Source of the DNA: Candidatus Peribacteria bacterium
GTDB taxonomy: Bacteria; Patescibacteriota; Gracilibacteria; Peribacterales; Peribacteraceae
NCBI GenBank assembly: GCA_016866875.1
Contig: VGKY01000001.1
Location: 56,057 to 120,056 of the forward strand
Length of the DNA: 64,000 bases
Direction of reading: 5' to 3'
In this document: in pieces, positions 28,129-38,583 of the stretch
Numbering within the stretch: position 1 is the first letter of the stretch
Layout of the letters: the number at the start of each line of letters is the position of its first letter
Translations under genes and position numbers: made by a program
Notes under the pieces: model-generated
The model's database searches: none
Seen by the model: the letters and a program-made list of their open reading frames with translations, nothing else
What the model was told of the DNA's origin: nothing

Positions 28129-29212
28129 ATTGTGCGTAGGCGTCGGTCATGCCTGACACATAGTCTTTTATGGCTTCTGGAAGGGCTGAACCATGCTTAG
28201 TCATAAGATCATGTATACGCTGATCAGGCTTGATCATGTACTGCTCACAGAGCTTGTTGATGACCCTCTGCCCCTCGAAGCTGCGTGAGCGCACATCGGG
28301 GTGCAGATACATGTTCTTCCACAAAAATTCGCGGATTTCCGTTGTGGCCTTCTGCGTGTCTTGGCAAAAGCCTGCAAGAGGTACGGTGCACGCGTAGACA
28401 TCATCGAGGGTGCTGACACCCTGATCACGCATACGCTCTTGGGTAGTCATGAGCAGATCTGTGACAAGCAGGTGGATGATCGTTCCGCGCAGTGCAGTGC
28501 CGCGGGGTTGCGCGAGTGTTCTCGCGCGTTCAATGAATGAGATCTTGCAGATGTCTTTGAGTGAAAAGAGTTCAGCGCGCAGACCGTCTTCGCAGTCGTG
28601 TCCGGTGTAGGCAATCTCGTCGGCAAGGTTCACCACTTGCGCTTCGAGAGTACTGCGTAGCGGAGGTTCATGCACTTCCGCTACGAAGCCATCATGCGGT
28701 GTCCTGTGCTTGAGTAATCCTTCGAGAATTTCTCTGCTGAGATTGAGTCCGGGGAAGAGAGTGGAATGCTCAGCAAGTACCGTGACGATCCGGTGTGATT
28801 GCTCGTTGTGTTCAAAGGATCCGCCGTGGACCTTCATCCACTGGTCGAGTGCTTCTTCGCCGGCATGGCCAAAGGGTGGATGACCGAGATCATGTGCAAG
28901 AGCGATGCACTCCGTCAGATCTTCATTGAGGCCAAGTGCACGGGCGATGTCCCTGCTGATTTGGGCGACTTCAAGGGTGTGTGTCAGTCGTGTGCGTACA
29001 TGATCGTGCGTCCCTGCGAGAAAGACCTGGGTCTTGCCTTTGAGTCTCCGGAATGCCTGCGTGTGGATGATGCGATCGCGGTCACGCTGGAAGGGGAATC
29101 GGGTTTCATCCTCAGGCTCTTTGTACATTCTCCCAAGAAGGCCTTCGTGCGGTACGGCGTAGGGCGCAAGCAATGTGTTGGCTGCCGTTACTCGTGCATG
29201 AAGCGACTGCAT
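28115..29212 (-). CDS. dgt: dGTP triphosphohydrolase-like HD-domain protein
   Basis: Start at MQSLHARV, preceded by GGAGG. FQRDRDRIIHTQAFRRLKGKTQV, HVRTRLTHTLEV and LAHDLGHPPFGH motifs. The 51-aa N-terminal extension in the ORF track is rejected. Confidence 0.9.
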   Translation of the reverse strand: MQSLHARVTAANTLLAPYAVPHEGLLGRMYKEPEDETRFPFQRDRDRIIHTQAFRRLKGKTQVFLAGTHDHVRTRLTHTLEVAQISRDIARALGLNEDLTECIALAHDLGHPPFGHAGEEALDQWMKVHGGSFEHNEQSHRIVTVLAEHSTLFPGLNLSREILEGLLKHRTPHDGFVAEVHEPPLRSTLEAQVVNLADEIAYTGHDCEDGLRAELFSLKDICKISFIERARTLAQPRGTALRGTIIHLLVTDLLMTTQERMRDQGVSTLDDVYACTVPLAGFCQDTQKATTEIREFLWKNMYLHPDVRSRSFEGQRVINKLCEQYMIKPDQRIHDLMTKHGSALPEAIKDYVSGMTDAYAQSSAA

Positions 29213-29858
29213 GACACCTCCTATCTTCTTTCTTTTGTCAGCCAGACAAAAGAAAGAAGCAAAGAAAAACTCACCGCGCGCCAATGCCCCTCCGCCCGGC
29301 CCTGAGTCTCGCCGGGTATGCCTACAAGGATTCGGCATTCCCGCCTCGACGTGCCTGCGGCACAAACAGGGCCTTCCCCCTCACCCCCCGTGGCGCGCGG
29401 AACCACCCTGCGCTTCTTGCATACTCATGTGATGCCTGGCTTCGCAGAGTGCGGCTCGTCATTTTTCAAACACAAAAACGCCCAACATTCTCCAGCGTTC
29501 CTCGTTCTGCTCGCTAAGGTGATCCGGGGGAGAGACACCATTGGTGCCTCTCCAGTGATGTCGTCCAAACGATCGTCGAGCAGTTGCGCTTGTCCCCTGG
29601 GTGTAAGGTGGGTGACCGCAATCCGGCGCCGCAACGCTGGATGATTAGGTCTCCCGTATACAAGCTGATTGAGAAGAAACGTACTGCTCTGACGAATCGC
29701 TGAGACGTTGGCCACTGTAAAATCGGTGCGTGCAGAGATCAAGAAAGAGCCCTTGCATGAGCCATTTTCGACGTGACGGATTGATCGTTTGTATCATTGG
29801 TTCTCCGTCTCAGAGAATCTACTTATTGTAAACAAAAATATACATCTCTCCGAGAGGG

Positions 29859-30533
29859 CTACTGGAGCATGCACGCAAGAACATTCGTTGCTCCACTCTT
29901 CACCGCCTCCCGATCGCCTCCGCGGTACGTCCAATACTTCTCCGGATGACATCGCGTGCAGTCACGCACGCGCTCGATGTTCGTTGTGCTCACCCCGCAT
30001 GCCATCAGTTGTCGGTCAGCCCAGCCTCCCAAGTCAGCCTGTTTTCCAGTGACGAGATCGTGCGGGATGCCGGGCAGTTCCCGCAGTGGGTCTTGAAACT
30101 CCGCGCATGCTGTACAGAGGCATGGGCCTATCCCGACGAAGCATGTGGACGGATCCACGTGCATTTCGTTCTGCATCTGCTCGAAGAATCCTTCGATCGC
30201 TTTGCACAGAAGTCCCTTCCAGCCTACGTGCAGCACGCCAATGATGTTTGTGTCCGGAGCGTAGACGATGAGTGGCTGGCAATCGGCGATCCGGATCATG
30301 AGCGTGAGATGCGCCTGATCGGTGATCAGGCCGTCTGCGGACGCAGTTCGCCTGATCATCTGCCTAGTCACGAGTGTGCGATTGCCGTGCACCTGATCAA
30401 GCGCTGCATAGTCTTTGCCATGGAGCGCTTGCATAACGGAGTGATCCGTGATCAGGTCATCCTCCTTGGCAAACAGGCTTACGGCGATACGATCCGCAAA
30501 GGGGCTGAGCAAGGCAAAGGGTTGGCTGTTCAT
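29859..30533 (-). CDS. pgeF: YfiH/PgeF family (DUF152) peptidoglycan editing factor / laccase-domain protein
   Basis: ADCQPLIVYAP...GVLHVGWKG...C.CT.C motifs. Start at MNSQPF. Confidence 0.85.
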   Translation of the reverse strand: MNSQPFALLSPFADRIAVSLFAKEDDLITDHSVMQALHGKDYAALDQVHGNRTLVTRQMIRRTASADGLITDQAHLTLMIRIADCQPLIVYAPDTNIIGVLHVGWKGLLCKAIEGFFEQMQNEMHVDPSTCFVGIGPCLCTACAEFQDPLRELPGIPHDLVTGKQADLGGWADRQLMACGVSTTNIERVRDCTRCHPEKYWTYRGGDREAVKSGATNVLACMLQ

Positions 30534-30547
30534 GCGTAGGCAGGGCG

Positions 30548-31360
30548 TTAGGCTCCGTCTGTAACAAGCGCGTGCAACACCATTGGGATCTGCTCGATCA
30601 CCCTCCGAGTTCCATAGGCATACCCAAATTTGGGGTAGAGCAGGGCTCCAGAGCGTTTGATCACTGTGGATGCCCTTCTGCACGCATCGCGGGGCGAAAA
30701 CCCCTGTGAGAGCAATCCTGCGACAAGCCCGGCCAGTGCGTCTCCTGTCCCCCCGACCGTGAGCCCCGCATTTCCCCCCGCAATCTCGGTCACCGTTCCA
30801 TCGGGAGCCACCACACGATCCACCGCACCCTTAGCGAGGATGTGCACTCGGTGCTTCTTTGCATAGTCGGCGATACCATCACTGGGTATGCCCATGCGCT
30901 CCAGTTCTCCAAGGTGCGGTGTGAGGACGGCAGTCTTGCCGGCAATAGCGCTGAGCGTCCACGGTTGGAGAGCAGATGCATCGAGCACGATCGGGCAGGG
31001 CGTCTCTTCGATGATGTCTTGGAGCGTGCGGAGCGCCTGGGTGTCGCGGCCGATGCCCGGTCCGAGGACCGCGCAATCCATGGTCGCGAGAAGCTCCACG
31101 ATCCCCGATCGATCACCGCGAGAAAGGTCCGGTCCCTGGAAGGGGTGTACTTGGAAGTTCAACGATTGCATCCGCGTCACTTCCGCATGCGCCGACGGGA
31201 TGCATACATGGACGAGATCCGCACCACTTCCTTCCGCGGCGAGGGCGGCAAAGATCGGTGCTCCGTGCATAAAGTGCGAACCACCCACGACCGCTACGGT
31301 GCCGTTATCGCCTTTGTGGGAGAGCGGGTCGCGCATGATCTTGCGCTGGCACGATATCAC
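30548..31360 (-). CDS. nnrD: ADP-dependent NAD(P)H-hydrate dehydratase
   Basis: KGDNGTVAVVGGS...GGTGDALAGLVAGLLSQG is the YjeF C-terminal kinase-fold signature. Confidence 0.85.
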   Translation of the reverse strand: MISCQRKIMRDPLSHKGDNGTVAVVGGSHFMHGAPIFAALAAEGSGADLVHVCIPSAHAEVTRMQSLNFQVHPFQGPDLSRGDRSGIVELLATMDCAVLGPGIGRDTQALRTLQDIIEETPCPIVLDASALQPWTLSAIAGKTAVLTPHLGELERMGIPSDGIADYAKKHRVHILAKGAVDRVVAPDGTVTEIAGGNAGLTVGGTGDALAGLVAGLLSQGFSPRDACRRASTVIKRSGALLYPKFGYAYGTRRVIEQIPMVLHALVTDGA

Positions 31361-32517
31361 ACCGCAGGCATGACATGCGCTTTTCCATACTGTTGCAAGG
31401 CTCGATCCACAACGGATCGGATATTGCTTCGGAAATGCTGCTCACGAAACTGCTCCGCATGCGCGCGAATTTCCGCAGGGTTCCAGTGGATCTTGGCATA
31501 GTCATTGATAGCCGACGTGAGCGAGGCCTCGGATTGCTCGCTGAAAAAGACCCCCGTTGCTCCCTCAGCAACGGTGTCCAGCGCGCCGCCTTTGCCAAGG
31601 GCGATCACTGGTGTGCCACAGGCCATGGCCTCCAGTGCCGCGACGCCAGCATCCTCGATTTGTGGGAACAGGAATGCACGTGCTTGTGCATAGAGCTTGG
31701 GAAGGGATTCGTCGGGAATGAAGCCCAGCATGTCGACCGTAGGTCCGGCAAGTTTTTTGAGTCTCTTGAAATCGCTCCCGGTGCCTGCGATTTTGAGCGG
31801 CAGTCGCAGACGGTTAGCAGTCGCGACGAGCAGATCGAAGCGCTTGTAGGGAACGAGTCGGCCGAGAGCCAGGAAGTACGCGCGATCTTGTGGCCGACGG
31901 TCGTCGATCTTTGCTCCAAACATTCGCTCTCCAACCGGAGGATGAATCACAACGCTCTCTCTCCCGTAGATCCTCCGAATGCGCTCCTGAGTCGTGCGGG
32001 AATTGGCGATGAAGACATCGACTCTGTCCGCCGCAGTCATATCCCAGCGGCGCAAGCGCATGAGCATGTTTCTGACCATGGGCGTAAGTAGCCTCGGCAC
32101 CCGGAAATCTTTCAGGTAGGCATCTTCCATTTCCCATCCGTACCGCACAGGGGTGTGGCAGTAGCAGATGTGCACCGCATCGCTGGGAGGGATCACCCCT
32201 TTGCCCACTGCATGGGACGAGCTGAAAATCAGATCACTGCCCCGGAGATCCATGCTCTCTACGGCTCGTGGCATCCACGGTAGAAGCACCGTGTGCGTGC
32301 GGAGGATGGAGAAGGGGAATTGCAGACGCGAGAGGCGGATGTCTGCGTGGGAGAGTTCAGGCAGACGCCCCCTGCGTGCGACTGTCGTGAAGATCGGTGC
32401 ATCGGGGTACATGCGGTGCAGTGTTGCAACCACATGCTCCGCTCCTCCGAAGGTGGGGAGCCAGTCGGCGATGATCACTGTACGCATGCGGGGAATGGAA
32501 AATGTAGAATTGAACAT
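31357..32517 (-). CDS. Glycosyltransferase family 4
   Basis: 386 aa. FLFPQIEDAGVAALEAMACGTPVIA is the E-x7-E motif. 4-bp overlap with nnrD. Confidence 0.85.
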   Translation of the reverse strand: MFNSTFSIPRMRTVIIADWLPTFGGAEHVVATLHRMYPDAPIFTTVARRGRLPELSHADIRLSRLQFPFSILRTHTVLLPWMPRAVESMDLRGSDLIFSSSHAVGKGVIPPSDAVHICYCHTPVRYGWEMEDAYLKDFRVPRLLTPMVRNMLMRLRRWDMTAADRVDVFIANSRTTQERIRRIYGRESVVIHPPVGERMFGAKIDDRRPQDRAYFLALGRLVPYKRFDLLVATANRLRLPLKIAGTGSDFKRLKKLAGPTVDMLGFIPDESLPKLYAQARAFLFPQIEDAGVAALEAMACGTPVIALGKGGALDTVAEGATGVFFSEQSEASLTSAINDYAKIHWNPAEIRAHAEQFREQHFRSNIRSVVDRALQQYGKAHVMPAV

Positions 32518-32618
32518 TGAAAATTGCAGTGATCTGGAGCTTGATAGACACGGTGTGTCTACCGAGACACATTCTGCATTCAGAATACTGCATTCTCAAT
32601 TCTGCATACCCGTTTTCC

Positions 32619-33527
32619 ATGCCCATGCGTCCCGCCAAGCGCCTGCCTGCAAGGCTTCGTCGTCCGGTGAGTCCGGGTACGCGCGCTTTGGTGGAGCGTC
32701 GTTATGCGCGGCGCAAGGTGCAGCGCAGCGCACGCTACCGCCGCTTCCTGCAGAAGGTTGTCGGCTCTGCTGTTGCAGCGCGCAAGCGGTTGGCAGCCCT
32801 GCTTCTCGGCATCGCTCTCGTCGTTCTCCTCGTCTTTCTCGGTGTTGCCCTCTTTTCGCCGGCGATGCGCGTCACCGAGGTCCGCATGGTGCGCACGGAT
32901 CCCCGTGTGGATTTGGAGCAAGTGCAAACATTGCTGTCTCCGCTCTTCGGAAGGCATCTCATGCTGCTCTCCACACACGACGTCAGGGAGCTACTCGAGC
33001 GGGGCATGCATGATCTGCACCGCGTTGCGGTGGACAAGGATTATCCGTCTGCGCTGGTCGTTCGCATCACGCCCGATCCACTTGTGGCGCGTCTCTCCAT
33101 CGCCGCCGATGCCGCCGATGCCGCCGTCGCAACCGGTGCAACAGTGGATTTTCTCACGGATCAAGGCGTGTACATCTCCTCCTCGCGCGTCTCCGCTGGA
33201 GAGGATCTGCCGCTGATCACCATCGTTGACTGGGGCGCCCGCCCCGTTTCTGGCACCGCGATCATTGCCCCTGCCATGCTCGAACGCATGACGCTCACCG
33301 AGCGATTGCTCCTCGAACAGTTTGGCCAGGAGACCCTCAGTCGCACCGTGTACATGCGCGGTCAGGAGTACCATGTACGGATCGCCCAATGGACAATCTG
33401 GTTCGATATGCGTAGTTCGCTCGATGAGCACCTGCAGCGCTATCGTCTCTTTCTTCGCGAGATCCCTCCCGCAGACGTGCGTTCGTACGTTGACTTACGT
33501 CTTACGAATCGCGTCGTCCATCGCTGA
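32619..33527 (+). CDS. ftsQ: FtsQ-like cell-division protein (POTRA)
   Basis: Basic N-terminus, one TM (LLLGIALVVLLVFLGVALF), then the POTRA-like segment MRVTEVRMVRTDPRVDLEQVQTLL. Confidence 0.7.
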   Translation: MPMRPAKRLPARLRRPVSPGTRALVERRYARRKVQRSARYRRFLQKVVGSAVAARKRLAALLLGIALVVLLVFLGVALFSPAMRVTEVRMVRTDPRVDLEQVQTLLSPLFGRHLMLLSTHDVRELLERGMHDLHRVAVDKDYPSALVVRITPDPLVARLSIAADAADAAVATGATVDFLTDQGVYISSSRVSAGEDLPLITIVDWGARPVSGTAIIAPAMLERMTLTERLLLEQFGQETLSRTVYMRGQEYHVRIAQWTIWFDMRSSLDEHLQRYRLFLREIPPADVRSYVDLRLTNRVVHR

Positions 33528-33602
33528 TCGACGCACGCGCCTGCAAGGTTTCCCGTTGGTTTCGTCGGGCAGCACTGGTTTTCCCGATGCACCGAATACG
33601 CT

Positions 33603-34505
33603 ATGCTTCTCCGGATGCTGCGAACCCTCCTCTCGGTTTTGAGTCTGGGCATACTTCCTTCCCTCGGTGGCACGGCATCGATTCCCTCGATTCCGCCGCA
33701 CCTCGTTGTCGCGCCACCCGCACTGGAGCTGCAGATCGCAACTCGCCTCTCCGCTTCTGGGGTAGTGGTGATCGATGCGCAGAGCGGTCAGCGTGTCTTC
33801 GGCAAGCAGTACGACGTGCCGCGCCCCATCGCAAGCCTCACCAAGCTCATGACGGCATTAGTGATTGTTGAGCACCATGAGCTTTCCGAGGTCGTGCGCG
33901 TGCCGGGGGGTCTCAAGACATTCCAGTCTGCGGTACAGCTGCCTGCCGGCGAACAGTTCACCGTGGGTGACATGCTGTCGGCCATGCTCATCGCCTCTGC
34001 GAACGATGCAGCTTCCACGCTCGCTATTCACCATAGCGGTTCTGTGGATGGGTTCGTTCAGGTGATGAATGACCGTGCAGTGGCGCTGGGTTTAGAGCAT
34101 ACGCACTTTGAGAACCCCGCAGGTTTCGATGGCCCAACGCAGAGATCGACGCCCCAGGAGATCGCATGGCTCACGATGGCCGCTCTGCGACAGCCCTTCA
34201 TCCAGAAACGTCTTTCCATGCGAGGAGCGCGGATCGTGAGCCTCCAGGGTTCCGATATCTCTCTGACTAACACGCATGCATTGCTCCATAGACAGGGCCC
34301 CGTGCGCGCCGGCAAAACCGGTACGACCAATGGCGCCAACCAGTGCCTGATGTCGGTGGTGGAAGAATCGGGTCGTCGCTATGTTGTGGTCTTGCTGGAT
34401 TCCCTGCAGCGCTACGTCGATATGCGCACCATTCTCGATGCCATGGCCGATCTCGCTACTCCTTCGACGAGCGTGTCGATGCGCCCCCCGCTTCCCAGTC
34501 CCTGA
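33603..34505 (+). CDS. D-alanyl-D-alanine carboxypeptidase (peptidase S11)
   Basis: Signal peptide, SxxK (IASLTKLMT), SxN (ASAND) and KTG (AGKTGTT). Confidence 0.85.
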   Translation: MLLRMLRTLLSVLSLGILPSLGGTASIPSIPPHLVVAPPALELQIATRLSASGVVVIDAQSGQRVFGKQYDVPRPIASLTKLMTALVIVEHHELSEVVRVPGGLKTFQSAVQLPAGEQFTVGDMLSAMLIASANDAASTLAIHHSGSVDGFVQVMNDRAVALGLEHTHFENPAGFDGPTQRSTPQEIAWLTMAALRQPFIQKRLSMRGARIVSLQGSDISLTNTHALLHRQGPVRAGKTGTTNGANQCLMSVVEESGRRYVVVLLDSLQRYVDMRTILDAMADLATPSTSVSMRPPLPSP

Positions 34506-34588
34506 CCCCTATTTCTCCGGCAACCGTCTTGCCGTTTTGGGTGCGTCCGTGAAGACTTCATTTCTCCCCAGCTGTTCCCCGCAGGATA

Positions 34589-35614
34589 TTGCTCACACCA
34601 GCAGATAACGTCCGCCACTGGCTGTCCCTCCGTGTCCGGGGTCTCTGCGCGCTGGTCTTCGTCGTATCATCGCTGCTTCCGCCCTACATTCCCCATGCAG
34701 AGCTTGCGCAAGACGATTCCCTACCTGAGCTCTCGCAAACGGTCTTGCTGGTCGAAGAGGGATTTCTGATGAAGACCTCGCCTTTGAGCAAAGAGGGGGC
34801 CCGACGGACGTACTCGGAGGCGCTCATTCATACCGTGCAGTCCGGTGACAGTTTGGAGAAGCTCTCCAATCGCTACGATGTCTCCGTCGACACGATCCGC
34901 TGGGCGAACACTCTCACAGAGGGCCAGGCCATCAAGCCTGGGCAGGAACTCATCATCCTTCCGGTCGACGGCATCCTACATACCGTCAAGCGGGGGCAGA
35001 CACTCCTCGGTCTTGCGGAGCTCTATAGCATCCCGTATGCGGATATCGCCGTTCAGAACAAGCTCAAGGATGGACTCATAGCCGCAGGTCAGGAGCTCAT
35101 CATTCCCGGTGGCAAGCCCATCGTGCCAAAGCCGGTTCAGGTGGCTTTAAAGCCCAAGTCTCCGCAGAAGGCCACCGCAGTTCCCAAACCTTCCCACAAG
35201 CCCGCGCAGACGACCTACACGCCGGAGCCGACGAGGGGCGTACTGCAGAAGCCGTGCGGTTCCGATTGCTTCATCACCCAGTACTTCAGCGCCAGTCACT
35301 ATGCTCTCGATATGCAGGTGCGCGGCGGCGGGCCGATCTACGCGGCGGAAGCCGGCACGGTGATTCGCACAGACTACGGATGGAACGGCGGCTACGGCAA
35401 TGTGATTGAAGTCGATCACGGCAATGGACTTGTCACACTCTACGCGCACAATAAAGAGCTCTACGTCAATGTGGGGGATGTCGTCGAGCGCGGTCAGAAC
35501 ATCGCGTACATGGGCAACACCGGTCTCGTGCATGGAGCTACGGGCATCCACGTACACTTCGAAGTCCGTCTCAATGGCGTGAAGAAAAATCCGTTGCTGT
35601 ATATTCAGGAATGA
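34589..35614 (+). CDS. LysM-LysM-M23 peptidoglycan endopeptidase
   Basis: Two LysM domains (HTVQSGDSLEKLSNRYDVS, HTVKRGQTLLGLAELYSIP). M23 motifs HYALDM and GIHVHFEV. Confidence 0.9.
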   Translation: MLTPADNVRHWLSLRVRGLCALVFVVSSLLPPYIPHAELAQDDSLPELSQTVLLVEEGFLMKTSPLSKEGARRTYSEALIHTVQSGDSLEKLSNRYDVSVDTIRWANTLTEGQAIKPGQELIILPVDGILHTVKRGQTLLGLAELYSIPYADIAVQNKLKDGLIAAGQELIIPGGKPIVPKPVQVALKPKSPQKATAVPKPSHKPAQTTYTPEPTRGVLQKPCGSDCFITQYFSASHYALDMQVRGGGPIYAAEAGTVIRTDYGWNGGYGNVIEVDHGNGLVTLYAHNKELYVNVGDVVERGQNIAYMGNTGLVHGATGIHVHFEVRLNGVKKNPLLYIQE

Positions 35615-35637
35615 GGGTGGTGAGTGTGGAGGAATTC

Positions 35638-35714
35638 TGGCGGGACCGACGGGACTCGAACCCGCGACCTTCCGCGTGACAGGCGGACGCTCTAACCAGC
35701 TGAGCTACGATCCC
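35638..35714 (-). tRNA. tRNA-Asp (anticodon GUC), 77 nt, CCA encoded
   Basis: Folded by hand: GGGATCG/CGGTCCC acceptor stem, anticodon loop CUGUCAC, T-loop GGTTCGAGTCC. Confidence 0.95.
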
Positions 35715-35868
35715 ATATTATACGGGCCCAACCCTACCGGAGATTCGCTGGCTGTACAACAGAGTGCCCGTGCTTTGACAGTAGGTTTAACCTATCTAGA
35801 TTGGTTCATAGAATAGTTGTATTATATTAAATACGTGTTATAATATTCTCACTTTCCTCATAACTACC

Positions 35869-36171
35869 ATGTCGATTGCAGATCAGCCAAACATTAATTC
35901 AGCCCCCCCTCCTCCGACTGAGGAGGTATTTGACCCCAAGTGCTTTCAAGCTCGCTCGGTCATAGAAGGTGCCGTGCGCAATGCATCGCATGGAATACTT
36001 GCTCATGCACATCAGCAAATTGTTGATGGTGTGGTAGAAGCGTATGGACGAGAAAAAGCCAAATTTACTACGCTTGCAGAGGTGAATGATTTCATCGCCC
36101 ATGCCGTTCGGGATCGTATTGATCAAGTTCCTGAATCCCATCGCCTTCCCGAATATCGCGACGCCGCATAG
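35869..36171 (+). CDS. Hypothetical protein
   Basis: 100-aa ORF behind an AT-rich island containing TATAAT. No family recognised. Confidence 0.4.
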   Translation: MSIADQPNINSAPPPPTEEVFDPKCFQARSVIEGAVRNASHGILAHAHQQIVDGVVEAYGREKAKFTTLAEVNDFIAHAVRDRIDQVPESHRLPEYRDAA

Positions 36172-36243
36172 GGCAGTGTCTAGATTGCCGGTTTTTCCTT
36201 GTGCCACGGCGCTCACGAGCGCCCTCATGTCAGATCATTATCG

Positions 36244-37722
36244 CTATGCAATTGCAGGTCTCTTGGTATGCCATACCGTCGCTTGTTCATACGCGTAAGC
36301 CGCACGGAGGATGACGCCTTCGCCCCATTGCGGACCCATGAGCTGTAGGCCGATCGGGAGCCCCTCGACAGAGCTCGGGGTGACACTTTTTGAGAAACCG
36401 CAGTTCACTGATAGTGCCGGGATCCCTGCCATCACTTGGCCGTCGAGGAAGACGTCTTCGAGGTACATGGCGATCGGGTCGTTTTCATGTGCACCGACTT
36501 TGAAGGCGGGGGTCGGGGAAACGGGCGAGAGGATCACATCGACCTTCGTAAATGCTTCGGTGAAGTCCTGCTTGATGAGCGTGCGCACTTTCTGAGCCTG
36601 ACGGTAGTACGCATCGAAGTAGCCCGCGGAGAGGGCATATGTGCCGATCATGATGCGGCGCTTCACCTCTGGGCCAAAGCCCTCGCTGCGGACGCGCACG
36701 TAGTAATCGAGGAGATCTGCAGGGTCTTTCACCGTATGGCCGTAGCGCACGCCGTCGTAGCGAGCCATGTTGCTGCTCACTTCGCAGGGGCAGAGCACGT
36801 AGTAACAGGGTGTCGCGTACTTCGTATGGGGCAGAGAAATCTCCTGCATGGTTGCACCGAGACTTTGCAAGACTTTCGCGGCCTCGCGCACAGCACCTTC
36901 TACTTCAGCATTCATCCCGTCGATGAAGTACTCCTTCGGGATCCCGATCTTCAGGCCCTTCACATCCTTGGTGAGCATGCTCCTGTAGTTGGGTACAGGC
37001 TCGTCTCCCGTCGTGCCATCCATCGGATCTTTTCCTGCGATCGTCTCTAAAACGATTGCGAGATCCTCGACGTTTTTACAGATCGGCCCGATGGTATCGA
37101 GCGAGCTCGCCATGCTCATCACGCCGTAGCGGCTCGTGCGGCCATAGGTCGTGCGGATGCCGGCCACGCCGCAGTACCCCGCAGGTTGGCGTATGGAGCC
37201 TCCTGTGTCGGTTGCAAGGGCAAAGAAACCCTCATCTGCAGCGACTGCAGCCGCCGATCCTCCCGAGGATCCTCCGGCGACCCTGCTCGTATCCCAGGGG
37301 TTTTTGGTCACGCCGTAGCAGGAGGTTTCTGTGGATGCGCCCATCGTGAATTCGTCGGTGTTGGTTTTCCCGAGTGAGATCGCACCCGCGGCTTTGAGTC
37401 GCTTGGTCGTTGTGGAGTCAAACGGGGGGATGTAGTTCTTCTCACGCAGGATGTTGCTACAGGCAGTTGTCGCTACCCCCTCTTCGCAGTACACGTCTTT
37501 GGCGAAGTAGGGGATTGCGGAAAGCGGGTGATCACTCACCCCCTGATCATCAATCTTTTTGGCTTCCTCTAGGGCTCGATCAAAGCTTCGATGGACGATG
37601 GCATTCAGGGACTTATCCACTTCTTCGGTCCGTTTTATGCATGCGCGAACCAATTCCTGTGCAGAAATTTCTTTCTTCTTCAATTTCTCATGAGCCTGAG
37701 TGATGGTGAGCGTGTGTAGCAT
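36244..37722 (-). CDS. gatA: Glu/Asp-tRNA amidotransferase subunit A
   Basis: 492 aa. Amidase signature GGSSGGSAAAVAA...TDTGGSIRQPA. Confidence 0.95.
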   Translation of the reverse strand: MLHTLTITQAHEKLKKKEISAQELVRACIKRTEEVDKSLNAIVHRSFDRALEEAKKIDDQGVSDHPLSAIPYFAKDVYCEEGVATTACSNILREKNYIPPFDSTTTKRLKAAGAISLGKTNTDEFTMGASTETSCYGVTKNPWDTSRVAGGSSGGSAAAVAADEGFFALATDTGGSIRQPAGYCGVAGIRTTYGRTSRYGVMSMASSLDTIGPICKNVEDLAIVLETIAGKDPMDGTTGDEPVPNYRSMLTKDVKGLKIGIPKEYFIDGMNAEVEGAVREAAKVLQSLGATMQEISLPHTKYATPCYYVLCPCEVSSNMARYDGVRYGHTVKDPADLLDYYVRVRSEGFGPEVKRRIMIGTYALSAGYFDAYYRQAQKVRTLIKQDFTEAFTKVDVILSPVSPTPAFKVGAHENDPIAMYLEDVFLDGQVMAGIPALSVNCGFSKSVTPSSVEGLPIGLQLMGPQWGEGVILRAAYAYEQATVWHTKRPAIA

Positions 37723-38018
37723 TATCCGTGGGCGGATGGTGTCTCTATCTGGTCATCGATGATCGGAAGAGCACTGCACCCAAGCAACGATTCCGGCGCA
37801 ATCTTCTCGCTGCAGAGTGCATCACTACGAAGCATGTTCGCCGCGCCTGTAACCTGTGCTGTCGGTTCTACTCCAGACGTATCCACTTCCTGCAACTGGT
37901 CGATGTAGCCCAGAATTGCCGTGAGATTTTTTGCATACGTCTCGATTTCATCGTCGCTGATCTCTAAGCGCGCGAGCTTGGCGATGTGTCGGACTTGGGC
38001 AGGGGAAAGGTGCGTCAT
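37722..38018 (-). CDS. gatC: Glu/Asp-tRNA amidotransferase subunit C
   Basis: Start at MTHLSPAQVRHIAKLARLEISDDEIE, a typical GatC N-terminus. 1-nt overlap with gatA. Confidence 0.9.
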   Translation of the reverse strand: MTHLSPAQVRHIAKLARLEISDDEIETYAKNLTAILGYIDQLQEVDTSGVEPTAQVTGAANMLRSDALCSEKIAPESLLGCSALPIIDDQIETPSAHG

Positions 38019-38106
38019 TGCGCCTGAGGATAGCGACTTTGTGCTCTTCCATAAAGTCCGCTGGTACAGTTTACAAAAATGTAAAAATATTGAAAAATGA
38101 TTTCTT

Positions 38107-38580
38107 ATGCACACTTTGGAATCAGATTGGCAGGAATGGTTTTCAAGGCAAACGGGCATCACGTCCGCTGTGCATTTTGACGATGTCCCTCCTGCACGCT
38201 ACGTGTGTTTTTCTGATGAAGATGGCACGGAACTCTGGCGCGCTCCTCTGACCGATTGTCCGTCTCCCTCGGATGCGGCAGATTTCCTTCCTCCGTTTCT
38301 CCGCGTTGAGAGTGTGACTCTTTCTATTCGCAGGAAGCTCCTTGCTATCTTAGGGCAGCAGCCAGAGCACGTTGCCGAATGCGCAGAAACCATTCCCGAA
38401 ATCAGGGACGCAGCAATGGCTGTGGCACATGCTCCTCTGGCATCTCGCCGTCGCGACCGCGTACCGACGGTCTTCGAGCTGCCTGCGGAGATGCGGAGGC
38501 AGTGGGAGGAGATCCTCTTTCGCATCGACGACGTGACCGCTCAGCGCTTGGCAGAAAAGCTTGCCCCTTCAGCTTCGTAG
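38107..38580 (+). CDS. Hypothetical protein
   Basis: 157-aa ORF. No family recognised. Confidence 0.4.
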   Translation: MHTLESDWQEWFSRQTGITSAVHFDDVPPARYVCFSDEDGTELWRAPLTDCPSPSDAADFLPPFLRVESVTLSIRRKLLAILGQQPEHVAECAETIPEIRDAAMAVAHAPLASRRRDRVPTVFELPAEMRRQWEEILFRIDDVTAQRLAEKLAPSAS

Positions 38581-38583
38581 AGC

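Noticed and set aside
29213-29365. 51-aa N-terminal extension of the dgt ORF, and similar extensions on pgeF (30534..30683), gatC (38019..38162), topA (19466..19633), uppP (10483..10599) and cysS (42934..43002).
   Set aside because: The family-typical N-termini begin at the internal Met. The extensions run through hairpins, tandem repeats or terminators.
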